Of a DNA stretch of 64,000 nt, positions 26,432 through 39,966 are shown in pieces. The DNA is from Callorhinchus milii (taxonomy: Eukaryota): assembly GCF_018977255.1 (NCBI RefSeq), contig NW_024704743.1, positions 72,418,001 through 72,482,000 on the forward strand, in the 5' to 3' direction. Each line of letters starts with the position of its first letter. Positions within the stretch are counted from its first letter, which is position 1. The position numbers and the translations under genes were made by a program. The notes beneath the pieces are model-generated. The model did not search any database and had not been told where the DNA came from. It saw only the letters and a list, made by a program, of their open reading frames with translations.

Positions 26432-26830
26432 GTGTCAGCCTGGCTTATTTGGTAGCACTCTTGCCTCTGGGTCAGAGGGTTGTGGGTTCAAGCTCCACAT
26501 CGGTCTTGGAACTCACAGTCTAGGCTGATATTTCAATGCAGTGTTGAGTTAGTGCAATGATCTGGGAGCACGGAGGTGCCATCTTGAAATGACACTGATC
26601 CTATCTGCCTATTCACGTAGATGTTAATTTATGGTACTATGCAAAAAGAGACGATAACTTCTCCCCTTGTCCTGGCCAACGATCATCCACATAAAATCAA
26701 TCTTGCTGGTGCAAATTAGCTGCCTACAAATTACACAGTTACTACACTTCACAGTGTATCTTGTGAAGCGGTTTGAGGCATCCTCCTCAAGTGAAAGGTG
26801 CTTTATCAGATGCAAGGATTATTATTATTC
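26432..26830 (+). mobile_element. Near full-length Deu-like SINE
   Basis: tRNA-like head with ggttcaagctcc, central tgtcctggccaac, tail tcagatgcaagga(tta)n. Confidence 0.75.
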
Positions 26831-28042
26831 TTTGGGTATTTTTGAGTTCTTTTCTCGTCTTATGACTGGACTGGTCAAGCCAGGAAAGAAAGAGATTGGT
26901 TCCCGTGTGGTCTTTTTAATGTCCCACAGCAGGCTCCTTTCTATTTGAAGGAGTGGAGCTTTTTAATTGTACCAGTAACACAAAAAGTAAACATCAAATA
27001 GCTAAACATGAGTGGAAAACCTCAGCTACAAAACAGTGTTAATATTTAACATTTTATAGAATTTACAACTTTATGGAACAGGAGAACTATGCAAACTCTG
27101 GGCCTTTGATGTTATATGCATGGTGATTACCAACAGGCAAGTTGACTGTGCAGTCAATTCATCCTGACACAAAAGCCATATTTCATGCTATAAATGAGGA
27201 AAAATATGTACTTTGTATGTACGTTACTGTAGAAAATAAATTGATTGTAACAGATTTGTATGGGGTCCTTCATTACAGTGAGGCTTGCACATACATTCAT
27301 GGTTTTGACATTTGTCCACGTATTGGCCCCAAAACAAACTCCAAGTTATATCTATTACTCTGATCAAATATTATTCTATAATGAGATTCTCTCAAATTCA
27401 CTGCTCTAGTTCAATCACAAAATACAGTCACTAGACTTTACAGTAAAAACAAGGATTATAATTTATTTATGTTCAGTAGTAAAGGGAGTAGTTTACCTCG
27501 ACTCTAGTTAAAGAGCTTTGTGGGAAACGAGAAGACAGGAAATTCCTGAAAATGGCTGCTTGTCATTATTGATATTGCAATTGACATTATCACAATGGAT
27601 ATCACAGATGATAACTAGGTCGAACATGTAGCAATTTCTAATAAAATTCCTTCAAAAGAAAGCCGGAAGTATATCACACCAACTCATGGCACTCTGATAT
27701 GATCTACTTTCCTAATTGGGGTAGCTCAGGTCTCTGTGATATGTGACTGGACAACCCATTACTATATTATTATTATAATAATATATATTATTATAAAGTC
27801 AATTCACTTTACAGTCTAACCTGTGAAGCGCTTTGAGACGTCTAGAAAACGTGAAAAGCGCTATATCAAATGCAAGCATTATTATTAGTATTATTATTAT
27901 TATTATCATTACTGGAAACATAGCTTTGATATTAAGAGATCTGCTAAGAGATATTAAGAAATCATCACATGAGAACCCATCTGTTTAAATTATCACATTT
28001 GATACAAAGCTCTGTTAACTCTTTATTGTCTTAACTGCTCAA

Positions 28043-29097
28043 AAACAACAACAACTTGGATTTATATAGCGCCCTCCACGCCGGACAGCGTCTCAGAGCA
28101 CTTTACAGTAACGGATCCCGGGACCGAGCCGGGGGGGGTGGGGAAGGTGACCAAAGGCGCGGTCGAAAAGAAAGATCTTCATCAGAGACCTGAAAATGGG
28201 AAGGGAGGGAGCGAGACAAAGGGAGTGAGGAAAGTAGTTCCAAAGCCTCGGGGCACAGTGGCTGAAGGCACGGCTGACGAGGGTGGAGCGGAGGACTCGG
28301 GGGACAAGGAAGAGGCCAGACCTGGAGGAACGAAGGCAACCGGTACTGTGCTGAGGAGAGAGGAGGTCAGAGAGGTAGAGGGCTGCAGAGGAGTGCAGGG
28401 ACTTGAATACAAGAGTGAGGATCTTGAAATCGATCCTCTCTGGGATAGACAGCCAGTGCAGTCTGGCAAGGACTGGGCTGATCGGGGAGTGGAGTTTCGT
28501 GCGGGTGAGAATGCGGGCGGCAGAGTTCTGAATGAGTTGGATTTTATGGATGGTAGTGGATGGGAGACCGGTCAGGAGGGCATTTGAATAGTCCAGCCGA
28601 GAGGTGACAAAGGCATGGACCAGAGTTTCAGCGGCTTTTGGGGAGAGGTATTGGCAGAGATGGGTGATGCCTCGGAGGTGGAAGAAAGCAGTGCTGGTGA
28701 GGGACCGGATGTGGGGGAGGAAGGATAATTGGGGGTCGAACCTGACGCCTAGGTTGTGTAACGGTTCAGAGAGTTTTAGGGGGAGGTCGGGTAGGTGGAG
28801 GAGGTGAGAATCATGAGATTTTAGACGTTGATGAGAGCTGAAGAGTATGGCTTCCGTCTTGTCAACGTTCAGCTGAAGGAAGTTTGCGCTCATCCAGCCT
28901 CTGAGATCTGACAGGCAGACTGACAGAACATCAGGGGACTGGGGGTCGCAAAGAGAGGTGGAAAAGTAGAGTTGGGTGTCATTTGCATACATATGGAAAT
29001 GTACGCCATGTCTGCGGATGACATCCCCAAGAGGGAGCATGTAGATCAGAAAGAGGAGGGGGCCAAGGATGGATCCTTGGGGTACCCCGCAGGTAAT
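28043..29097 (-). mobile_element. 5'-truncated L2, second subfamily; 315-aa ORF remnant
   Basis: HMYANDTQLY (YADD mutated), [25 protein letters not shown]; tail plus (CAA)n. Confidence 0.95.
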
Positions 29098-30699
29098 CGA
29101 TCAAAGCAACTGAGCTTTGACCAGGGCTTGCTCCACCTCCTCCTTCAAATAAAAATGTCACTCTTTCTCAAGGGTGAGATAGGGATTTATGATTATTATG
29201 ATAAATATAGACATAAATAAGGAATGTGATGGTTTCATTGCTGGCTAGTCTGGGAGTCCTTACCTGGCAGATTAACCTTGGAAAACAAATATTCAACGTA
29301 AAAAGGGTAATATTTTCTCTAAGGGTTAGGATTTATAATACCCTCAACTCATGGAAGAATCACAGATAGTGGTGGTCCAGATCTGAATGGAAGAGTCCAT
29401 CTCTCAAGAAGTGTGTGATACCACCTGGAGGTTATTTACTCTGGTATAAAGTAACATAATGTAAGGCATAACTAAAGCAAGTCAACTTTACCCTATTGTA
29501 AAGCACTTGAGACGTTATGATGTGATAAGGAGCTATCAATGAAAATTACAACATGCTAATTAACATTAATGAATAAAGGAACCAGTCAATATGTTAATTA
29601 TTGACAGGCCCCAGTGTGCTGGAGGTAGACTTTCTCCTTCTCTTCCAAGATTCCTCACAGTGGTTGTGCCCAGAATCCAGACAATATACACACTGGACTT
29701 CCAATGCACAGATAACAACATTGAACTTTGATTAGCAAGATATCATCTTAATTGTTATTTTGGTTAGTTATGTCAATTATGAAAAAAACTGTTTGTGGGA
29801 CACTGCTGTGCGCAATTGGCTGCTGCGTTTTGCCCACAAAAATACAGTCAATTCACTTTACCGTATATTCTGTGAAACACTTTGAGATGTCTCGAAGATG
29901 TGAAAAGCACTATATCAAATGCAAGGATTATTATCATTATTATCAATTAATTCAGTTTAATTCAATCAGTTAGTTTTCTTATGTCACTAACTGGCAGTCC
30001 AATGTGAATGAATGACCAGCAGACTGGGGTTTGCTATATGAGGGGAAATGTGCATTTAATTCTAAAGTCTTTTCAATCTTCCAGGATTTCACCAGTACAT
30101 GTGGGACTACTCTGCACTGAAATTAATCCCCAGCATAACTACCATTTAACAACTTGTAAGAAAAAGCAGTTCCAGCTTCCACTACCAACTCCTGCTCCCA
30201 TTCAGACTTAGCATCAGCTCCCATTTAGTCACCAACCACTGTCTCTCAGTCTCCGGCCTTGACTTTCACTCAGTCTCTGGTCTTGTTTCTTGTTCAGTCT
30301 GTGTCCAATATTGTAAATGCATGTAACAATGCTGGACCAGCAGGTAATGTTTAAAGCAAATGTTTAATGTTTGTAGCAGACCAGTAAATAATTCAGTTAT
30401 AATTGCTGACAACTTTTAAAGGCACAGCAGAAGCATTTAAGCGTCTACCATTATTTCGAAAGGGACAAAAAGTGTGAGTTAGAAAACACAGGCTCCAGCC
30501 CCAGGCCTGCCTCCTGCTCAGTCTCTAAGCATGGTTGTTTTAATTTACTTCTATTCATCCTGTAGTGTGATGCACTGGTAAGTTGCATGAATTTAAAATG
30601 AATAATAATAATCTTTCAAATTAGGAGGAAGCCTCAAAACATTCCGAGACGCTACCGCGAAGGTTGTTATATAAATGCAAGTTGTTACTGGTGGTGAAT

Positions 30700-31062
30700 G
30701 TCAAAACATTTCACAGGATTTATTGTAAAGTGTGGTGTCTGTGCATTTTATAGATGAATGTGGCTGCCAATTTCCACACAGGAATATCACTCAGTCGATA
30801 GTAAATGACCACGTTTTTTATTTGCAGGATTGTTGGCTAGGAAACTAGGAGAAACTCCCTGTTTCCACTCTTTTCAACTAGTGCCATAGGATCCTTCACA
30901 TCCACCCTGACAGGCAGACAGGACCTGACTTTAATGTTTCACCTGAAGAATGGTATTTCTAACAATTCAGCCAGCCAGTGCATAAATTCAAAGTCCTAAT
31001 CTGAAACTTGAACCCAAACCCTTCTGACACAGAGTGTTACCAACTGATCTAGGCTGGCAGAC
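30700..31062 (-). mobile_element. Degraded Deu-like SINE
   Basis: Reverse complement shows cctagatcagttggtaacact...gggttcaagt head and gtcctgtctgcctgtcagggtggatgt body. Confidence 0.7.
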
Positions 31063-33344
31063 ACGTAGTAATAATAATAATAATAATAATAATACCCAAC
31101 TCTACCAATTGCAGCTTTGCTTGCAACAAAAGGATCCAATATGAAATGTAAGTTGACACACAGACAGACACAGACAGACATTTCATCTTTATCTATACTC
31201 ATCTGGGAGGACTCCTGTCTGAGGACTCCTTTTGGGAGGACTCAGTGGGAGGAGTCGGTGCTTTAAAAATGTAATTTTGTTGCTGTTGTTGCTGCGGCTT
31301 AGCTTCGTCTGTGTTCTTTTATTTTGTTCCCACCGCTTGGCTAAGTGTGTGCTTTGTGATGCAGGATGCCATAGCGCCATGGTCAGCCGCCATAGCCACC
31401 AGGTGCAACTGCAGTGCATGCGTACATGTGTACATGCTCTGTGACGCACCATGCCACAGCGCACGGTCAGCCGGCGTGGCCATCAGATGTAACTGCAGAG
31501 AAAAACGGAAAACTGAAAATAACTCATGAACAATTCCCAAAAACAAATATGCCCATGTCACTCTCAGATGCAAGACCTTCCAAATGAGGTATAAATCATG
31601 TCTCTACATCAATTGGTTATTATGTTCCTTCTTGAAGCGCAAACAGACATTGTCATTTTATTAGTATAACAAAATAATTCTTATATTTGACATAGTGCCT
31701 TATCACATTGTTGAGAGGTCTCAAAGCGCTTCACAGAATATACTGTAAAGTGAATTGACTGTGCAATTTTTGGGCGAAATGGGGCAGCCAATTGCGTACA
31801 GCAGTGTCCAACAAACAGCCGTGGATTGAGTGACCAAATTAATTTTTGAGGGATTATTACCTCTGTAAAGTATTACACTTTCCAGCTGGGGACATTTTAT
31901 CCATTAGGGCTTTGGCTGACAGGGTTGATTATCAAAATAGTTGCTGCAAGGTTTATACACAAAAATATGGTAATCCTACCTTAAATGTGTCAAGTATTCT
32001 GGCTGCATTCCCACTAGACCGGTTCTCTTATGAATTTTTAAGTACTCTGGATTTTTAATGACCATTTCCTCTCGGTTTTCTTCACAAAGTCAGACACAGT
32101 TACCACCTCTACAGCTACTACTCTGTGTTCAAAAAAAGCCCTTTTCATTTATTGAGGATGAAAACTGTCATGTTTCACAATAGATTCAATAATCATTGAA
32201 TGGGTTATCAAATTTGTTAGGAAACATCACATTTTGCCATCTATTCCTAAATACTGCCCATGCATTTGAATCCCACCCCCTCCCCACAACTTTAGAACAG
32301 TGGTGGTGCCTAAAGATTTCAGTGCTGCTATTGTTTCCATTGTCAGTTACGAGTTTCATTGGAGCTCCACAAAATGCTATTTTAACTTGCTATCCCGTAA
32401 AGCAGCACTGAATTTCTTCCTGGGTCTACACAATAGAATGAGACATACCTTGGGGGAGGGAGGGAGCAAGTCATTGGGAGTGGAGTTCTGGATAGTGAGG
32501 CTGATAGAGCAGAGGACATGAAATAGGACAGTTATCTGGAATAATTATTGGGCTACTCTATTTATGGATGTTTGTTACCACACTTTACAGTAAATCCTTT
32601 GAAGCGCTTTGAGACATCCTCCTGAATTCAAAGGCTATGTGGTCTACAAATCTCTCCCCAACCCTCCTCCAGCTCTCCCGCTGTTAAGCATTCTGAGACG
32701 CTGCCCCGCGCGAAGGACACAATAATAATGCAACTTGTTTTTGTATTAAATATAAGTATTAAATGGAACTATTATTATTGCTCACAGGAACCCAGTCCTG
32801 ATGTTCTTGGAGCTACCTTCACACCTAACTACAGTGTTTTACTGACTTCATGGGTGCGGGGGAAGGTTTAAAATTCGAGACCCAAGTAAAGCCTCAGGAT
32901 TGCTCAAACATTATTCAAAACAATGGCCCCAAATGTGCCGATAGAACAATTCCACTGACATGGAGAGGTATGATCCACATGCTGGTAATTATCACACGCT
33001 TCTTGTTTAACTCAAAGAAGGCTTTAAAATGTCCATAAATTTGCTCAATGGCTTTGTAATGAGAAGACAGTTGGATTGGACTCTGATAGGATGAGCTGAA
33101 ATGGGATAAATCACTCTTGTAATCTATTGTGGGCAAGAATTACCAGAAAACAGATAGGTTTACACTCCAGGCATTTAGCCAGTTGAAGCAGTTGATGCCA
33201 AGAACAAAGTGTGTACTAACCTAAAAATGGAAAAAAGAAATTGTTGTCTATTTGGAAGTTATCAAATGCCTTGTACAATTTAAACATCATATAACTTTCA
33301 CTGTAAAAGCTTCCTGGGAGTCACTATAAGGTGCAGGTCTCTAA

Positions 33345-33780
33345 ACAACAACTTGCATTTATATAGTGCCTTTCACATGAGGTAGCGTCTCGGAGCACTT
33401 AACAGTGGCAGAGTTTGACACTGAGCTGGGAGAAGTGACTGTAGGCATTGTTGAAGAGGCAAGTCTTCAGGTGCGATCTGAAGAAGGGGAAGGAGGAGGC
33501 AAGGTGGACAAGTTGAGGGAGATTTCTATAGTTTTGGGACACAGTGGCTGAAAGCACAGCCACTGATGGTGGGCCGGAGGGTATACAAGGGACAAGCAGA
33601 AGGCCAGAGCCAGCCTGAGTGGACGTGGCGAATAGTGAATTGGAGAGTCAGTAGGTCTGAGAGATAGGGAGGTGCCAGGGCATGAAGCAATTTGTAATTG
33701 AGTTGGAGGATCTTGAAGTTGATTTGTTCTGTGATAGCCAAAGGAGCCTGTAGAGCACTGATGTGATGGGGGTACAAAGT
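33345..33780 (-). mobile_element. Old L2 3' fragment
   Basis: INFKILQLNYKLLHALAPPYLSDLL; tail caacttgcatttatatagtgcctttcac. Confidence 0.8.
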
Positions 33781-33849
33781 TTTGTGCAGGTATATGGGCA
33801 ACAAAGTTTTCAATTAATTAGATTTTGTGGTTAGTGCAACTTGGGAGTG

Positions 33850-34410
33850 GGGTCTCCTTGGAGCTGAACTGACTCCAAGGTGACATGCCTAGCAATGAAA
33901 TGTCGGAATCGAGCCAGCCCTCTGTGGTGGTCTCGATAGTCTGGTTCCTGAGCCAGACAGGTCCACAGTATTCCAAGGCATGGCTGATGCAGTACAGCGA
34001 GCCTGGCTCAACAGAAGAGCCTGGAAGGGCAGACTAGTCACTGGAGGCAGAGAATCATCCCACTCAGCAAATGTTAACCCTGCAAGCCAAAGCCCGAATG
34101 GGTAGTCCTAGCTGGACAAGCAGCGGGAAATTTGATGGACAGCAATATCAATGGTTTTAGCTGGTTAGACTCCAGCAGTACCCCAATGATCACTCTGGGG
34201 TCCCCAAGCCTTGGCTCTTACCAACCTGTGCCTAATACTTTCCGAAATTAGATAAGCAGGATGCATCCCTCCAGGGACACAGTGTGCATTCCATTCCAAC
34301 AATCTATCTCTGGGATTTCAATGTGTAGGCAGGATACATGGAAATCTGAGCTTGGTTTGGATACTCTTAAGCATGGTGATGGGTTTCTGTCAGACACCCG
34401 ATTGGCCAAC
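33850..34410 (-). mobile_element. Ancient LINE-derived repeat, best-preserved copy
   Basis: Minus-strand translation SLYCISHALEYCGPVWLRN resembles the RPxLEYCxPVW motif of CR1/L2/Jockey-group RTs. Confidence 0.65.
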
Positions 34411-34419
34411 AACAAAAAA

Positions 34420-34720
34420 GAATAGCTTGGGAGACCAGCAAGAAGGAAATTGGAATAATTGAGGAAGGAGGTGATGGAGCCTTGGGGTACACTGCAGGTG
34501 ACTGTGCAGGGGCGGGAGGAAAAAACATTAGCAGAGAGCTGTCTCAGTCCTGTGTCCAGGAAGAAACGGGACTGGAGGGGTTTGAATAGGGAGTGGAGGG
34601 TGAGGTACGAGCAAAGTTGATATGTAACAACATGCTCCAGGAGTTTAGTGATGAAGGGCAAATTAGAAATGGGCCAGTAGTTTCCAAAGTTAAAGTGGTT
34701 GAGCATGGGGTAAACGGTAA
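34420..34720 (-). mobile_element. Degraded L2 RT fragment
   Basis: NYWPISNLPFITKLLEHVV, LFKPLQSRF, CSVPQGS. Confidence 0.8.
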
Positions 34721-36467
34721 ACAAAGCACTTAAGTGTTTTTGCAATGATCGACATACCTGCACTGTATCCTATACCTGTGCATCAGACCTGTTCCAGCAA
34801 CTTTTAATAATACACTTCACATAACGTATTAGCCAGTTCAGGTTTTGTATTCTTATATCTGTCAATGCCACCATGAGAAAACAGGCTCTAACAAGTTAAA
34901 GTTATTTATTCTATGCTTTTGATTTGATTTCCAAGAATTCAAATTCTGATGTCTTTTCAGCATTTTAAATTCCAGAACTGTCAATCACAGGTATTTATCT
35001 AGTATGAATAATGACCACCCTTCTCACCCAAGCTATATCAACTCACTGCAATCTCTGAGTTGATGTTGACAGATGTGAAAGTCTAAATAAATGACTATAG
35101 AATCTGTTTGAATATGTTTGACACTCATTTCTTACAAACATATTTTCATCAATTCCTTACATACTTTCATTACTGTCCCTCTATACAGATAAGATATTGC
35201 AATAAAATCATATGCAGTCAACTCCAGATAACTCAACCCTGATTTAACTTGTCATTATCAGTTAAATTGTCAAGCTGTCAATATATTCCTGACTGCTTCC
35301 CATATAAACTATTAATAAAGAACATCACTTTACTTGTCACTCTACTTAACATTTAACCCATCACACTGTAGAAATTCTTGTCAGTACAGTACTTACAATG
35401 TAAAATTGATCATATAACTTGTCCTGTGAAATGGTGGCTTGCATTGCAGAGGCCTACTTCCCTATCTATTACTGGTGAAGGTTGGGCGTGCATGCTAAGA
35501 TGTATTGCAGAGGCCTCTGATCTTTTGGATGGTTGCGCCATGGCCTCCCATCCTATCCTGTGACTGGTGCGGGGCTGGGCAGAGTTTGAGTGCACATGCT
35601 CAGATGCAGTGTCTGAGAGAGCAAGAGAGTATGTCACAAAGTGGCCTGGGAGAATAAGGTAGGACCAACAGCTAATTCATCACATCAGATAATTCATCAT
35701 TGGGCCCTTTTACCTTAGAGTGATGAGTTATCCAGAGTTTAATGTAATCTAGATTAATTATTGTCAATATTGCATTTGCATTTAAAATGTGTACAGTATT
35801 CTGGATAGATTGTCCTCTATAAGCAGTATACATAAGTAATGATTCAATAAAGTTTCTTGTACTAACTTTATTGAATGAGCTTTTTTCTTCTGATTTTCTC
35901 CTTATTTTCCTCCACTTATGGTATGGTTCCAGGGGCAAAACATCCTCTAGTACTTTGACCAACTGGCTGTCATTAATAAGTAATCCATGACAGTAATAGA
36001 ATATTCAGCTTTAGAGGTTGTGCAGCAGAAACCTGTTCTGACCTTGTTGTCCATTCAAATGCACCACAGCTGGTCTCACTGGATAGCAAAGAGAAGGAAC
36101 CTTGGCTGATTTTCCTATCCATAACCTGAAGATTTGAAATCAGATGTAACATGTCTTGTGCCATCTCCACTAAGACATGTAAACTCAATACTGAACAGGA
36201 ATCAAACCTATAATAGTTCAGGTGTCATTGGAGAAATCCATCCAAGATCCCATGGCACTTGTCCTGGCCAATAATCACCCAAATAAAATTGGTCACTCAT
36301 TTCATGGCTGTTTGTGAGACACTGCTGTGTGCAGTTGGCTGCCACATTTCAGCCACAAAATACACAGTCAATCCAGTTTACAATATAGTATATCTCGATG
36401 ATGGTGAGACGTCTCGATGATGCGATAAGGTGCTATTTCAAATGCAAGGATTATTATTATTATTATT

Positions 36468-36773
36468 ACAAAATTATGAGGGATTTTGACAGGGTAAATA
36501 GAAAAAAGATATTCCCACTTGTAGGGAAGTCAGCGAATAGGAGAATTGTTATAGGATAGTCATGGAAAGAGCTAAAGGAAAGCTTTGGTGATTTTTTCAC
36601 TTGAAGAGTTGTTTGGATGCTCTACCAGGTAAGCTGGGAGAGGGATGTATATAGGAACATGAAGGATAGAGGCTTGAAGGAGCATGGGCAGGGCAGTGGG
36701 TTTCAGCAAACACCTTGCACTGAGTGCCAGTGCAGAATCGATAGGCCAAATGTCCTGCTTCTATGATTCTATG
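36468..36773 (+). mobile_element. Old CR1 3' fragment
   Basis: aaattatgagggattttgacagggtaaatag...ggccaaatgtcctgcttctatgattctatga. Confidence 0.7.
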
Positions 36774-39700
36774 AAACTGGCTCCAAGGTGATATGCCTGG
36801 CAATGGAATGTCGGAATCGAGCCAGCCCTCTGTAGCGGTCTCGGTAGCTCAGTTCCTTACATTTGTTTATAGTGCCTACAATATTGAAATGTTTCAAAAC
36901 ATTTCACAGGTCATTGGCTCATTGCTCATTTCTTAAGAAAAGGTCCTACAAAGAGCCATGAAGTGAAATCAGTGGTCAACAATCCCTCAATAAAATTGAT
37001 CATTCACTTCATGACTGTTTGTGGGACATTGCTACGTGCCACTTGGCTGCCTCGTTTATCCACAAAACACAGTCACTCTACAGTTTCTTTTATGAGGTGC
37101 TTTGGCATGTCCTTCTGACATGAAATGCGCTATACCAATTTTAATTAAAATTAATTTATCTGGAAGACTATTGTTCAGGACTTTGGGAGAAACTCCCTTC
37201 TCTTTTTGAACAGTGCAATGTGGTATCTTTAACATCCACCTGAATAGACAGGCAGGACAGGTTTAACGTCTCTTCTGAAGGACATGTTTCAGAATGTCTA
37301 TTAAAGTACTTTTTCAATTTGACACACCTTGTTTTCAGTAACTGTTCATGAGTTGTATTAATCAATCCTACTATCTGTCTCCTTCAGGCTATTTCCAGTA
37401 AAACCACCTATCAATGACAAAAAAAGAATCAATCCTACAAATGCATGTTCCTGCAGTAATAAATCAAAATCTCAATCATGTCATGTGTGACATGAACACA
37501 AAAAGATACACTAAAAGAATGCAAAACTATAAATTCTTTATTGTCATAAAGATCTGCCAACTTCACAGTTCGTGTATATCAAACAGAGTTTTCAGTGCTG
37601 AGGGGATATCCTTCACAAAACAAAGCATCCATATGTGCAATAACCAAACTTAACCCTAGCCTCGAGGCAATAGTCTTACACCCTACCTTTTCCCTCTTTT
37701 GTTTCCATTCTCCAAGTTCAAACCAGACCTCTTACATCTGACACACGCTTTCTCCGCAGCAAGCAGGTATCGGCAAGGATTGAGTCCAAAAACAAGCTTG
37801 GCTTCTAAATGCCTGATTCTTTAGAGGAGGAGTTTCTCTTGGTGACCTGCCCAACAATCTTCCAAAAAAATTGATCATTTGTTTCATAGCTGTTTGTGGG
37901 ACATTGCTGTGCACAAATTAGGCTGTCGTGTTCACCTACAAATACATGGTTACTTCACAGTAAGTTTTGTGAATTCGCTTTGGGACATCCTTCTGATGTG
38001 AAAGGCATTGTATCAAATGCATAATTATTATTATTGAAGAACAAACATGAGTTTTTTAAGCTGTGTGTTCACTGTCACAAATGGAGAATAGCATTCTCCC
38101 AAAGCTTTAGAATAATTAGTCATTCACCTTATCTGGCTAATTATTTTGGAAACTTGATGCCATAAGTAACTGTCAGATTTGCCTACATTAGCTCATTGCA
38201 CCTAATTCTCCATGTATTTTCAGTCTGTATGACTATTTTGACTTAAAAATTAAGGTTTAAAATTTGATCGTAATTTGGTATCTTGCATTTCTTAAAAAGA
38301 ACCAACTTCCAAATAAAATCTAAATTTAAGAATTTTCCACAATTCAGAATGATCTTTAAGTTTTAAGATAAAATGGACTTAAAGGCTATGTTTTAGGTGT
38401 AATTTTAGGATTAATGTTTGATAGTACTTAGTTGTAGGTTCTTTAAGACATTTCAACATAGTAATGTCTATTAAACATTCAAATTATTTCCTTCCTTTTT
38501 TCTTGCTTTCTGCCACTAAATACAGTTACTTCACTTTACAGTATATCCTGTGAATCACCTTGAGACATCTTGATGATGTGCTAAGGCACTATATCAAATG
38601 CAAGGATTAAAATTATTAATCCTGTTCATGAAGAAAACGTACATAAAATCTGTGGGTGAAAATAATAATAATAATCCTTGCATTTGATATAGTGCCTTAT
38701 CAGGTCTTCAAGAGATCTCAAAGCATTTCACAGAATATACTATAGTGAATTGACTGTGTATTTTGTGGTCGAAAAGAAAGTTTGCAATTGTGTGTGGTGG
38801 GTTTCGGGTTTGACAGAATTTAGGTTTTTTTATCATTTTGTTGATATTTGGGGAGAGGTAGTGGATTAACTTTGGTGTCCAGGGGTAATGGGATCTGGAG
38901 GAGTATGTGCGATCAGATTCTTGATGAAGGCATAACAAAGCATTCTTGACTAAAACACAGTCTCAAAGCATTTTACAGAGATGGAGTGTGAGCCTGAGTA
39001 GGATGGTTGAGAGAAGATAAATCTAGCATTAGTAGCTGGATCCTGAAGTAAGAGTGCCAGGGTGTGGAGAGGAAAATTAATCAAAATGATTCTCTGAAGG
39101 TCTATAAATGTAGATGGTGGTATGAGTTCATGATGGAATTTTTTCCATTATAAACTCAGCCCATGGAGGTCTATAAATTTACAAACCTTCAGATTTATAA
39201 ATCTTCAAGAGCTTATCATTCTGAGCTTGAAGGTTTGTATTTAGAGCCTGTATAATAAGTTTGTGCTCCAATCATTATTCAATGTTTGCTTCATGTTAAA
39301 GATCCGATGGCATTGTTTCGTAAAGAGAAGGAAGTTTCTCCCAGTGTCCTGGCCAACAATTCTCCATTGATCCTTTCATCTCATGACTGCTTGTGAAATT
39401 TGTTGCGTGCAAATTGGCTGCTGAGTTTGTTTAGAAAAACAGTCATTATGTTTGACAGTAATTACTGCAAAACACTTCTAGACATTTTGACGTTACAGGG
39501 ATCTACAAACAAGGCCTCTTTCACTGATCATTCAAAGTATGCTTCATTAATCATATTATAATTCTGGGTGTGTGATCAATGGTCTGATCAATTGAACAGG
39601 ATTCTGAAACTTGGATACAAGGAGAGGGAATCCTTAAGGGCCAGTGATATGATCCAGATTATTGGATAAATGTGTGCTACAGTTAATAATACAGGATTTG

Positions 39701-39820
39701 GATTTCACAACCTTACAGATTACAGAAAAGGGCAGCTCAATCTTAACTTTGGCAATAGGTTCAGTGGCTTAAAGATTTGAGTTGAAGTGAACCTAGGCTG
39801 CTTTGTTCATTCCTATGATG

Positions 39821-39966
<146 letters not shown>

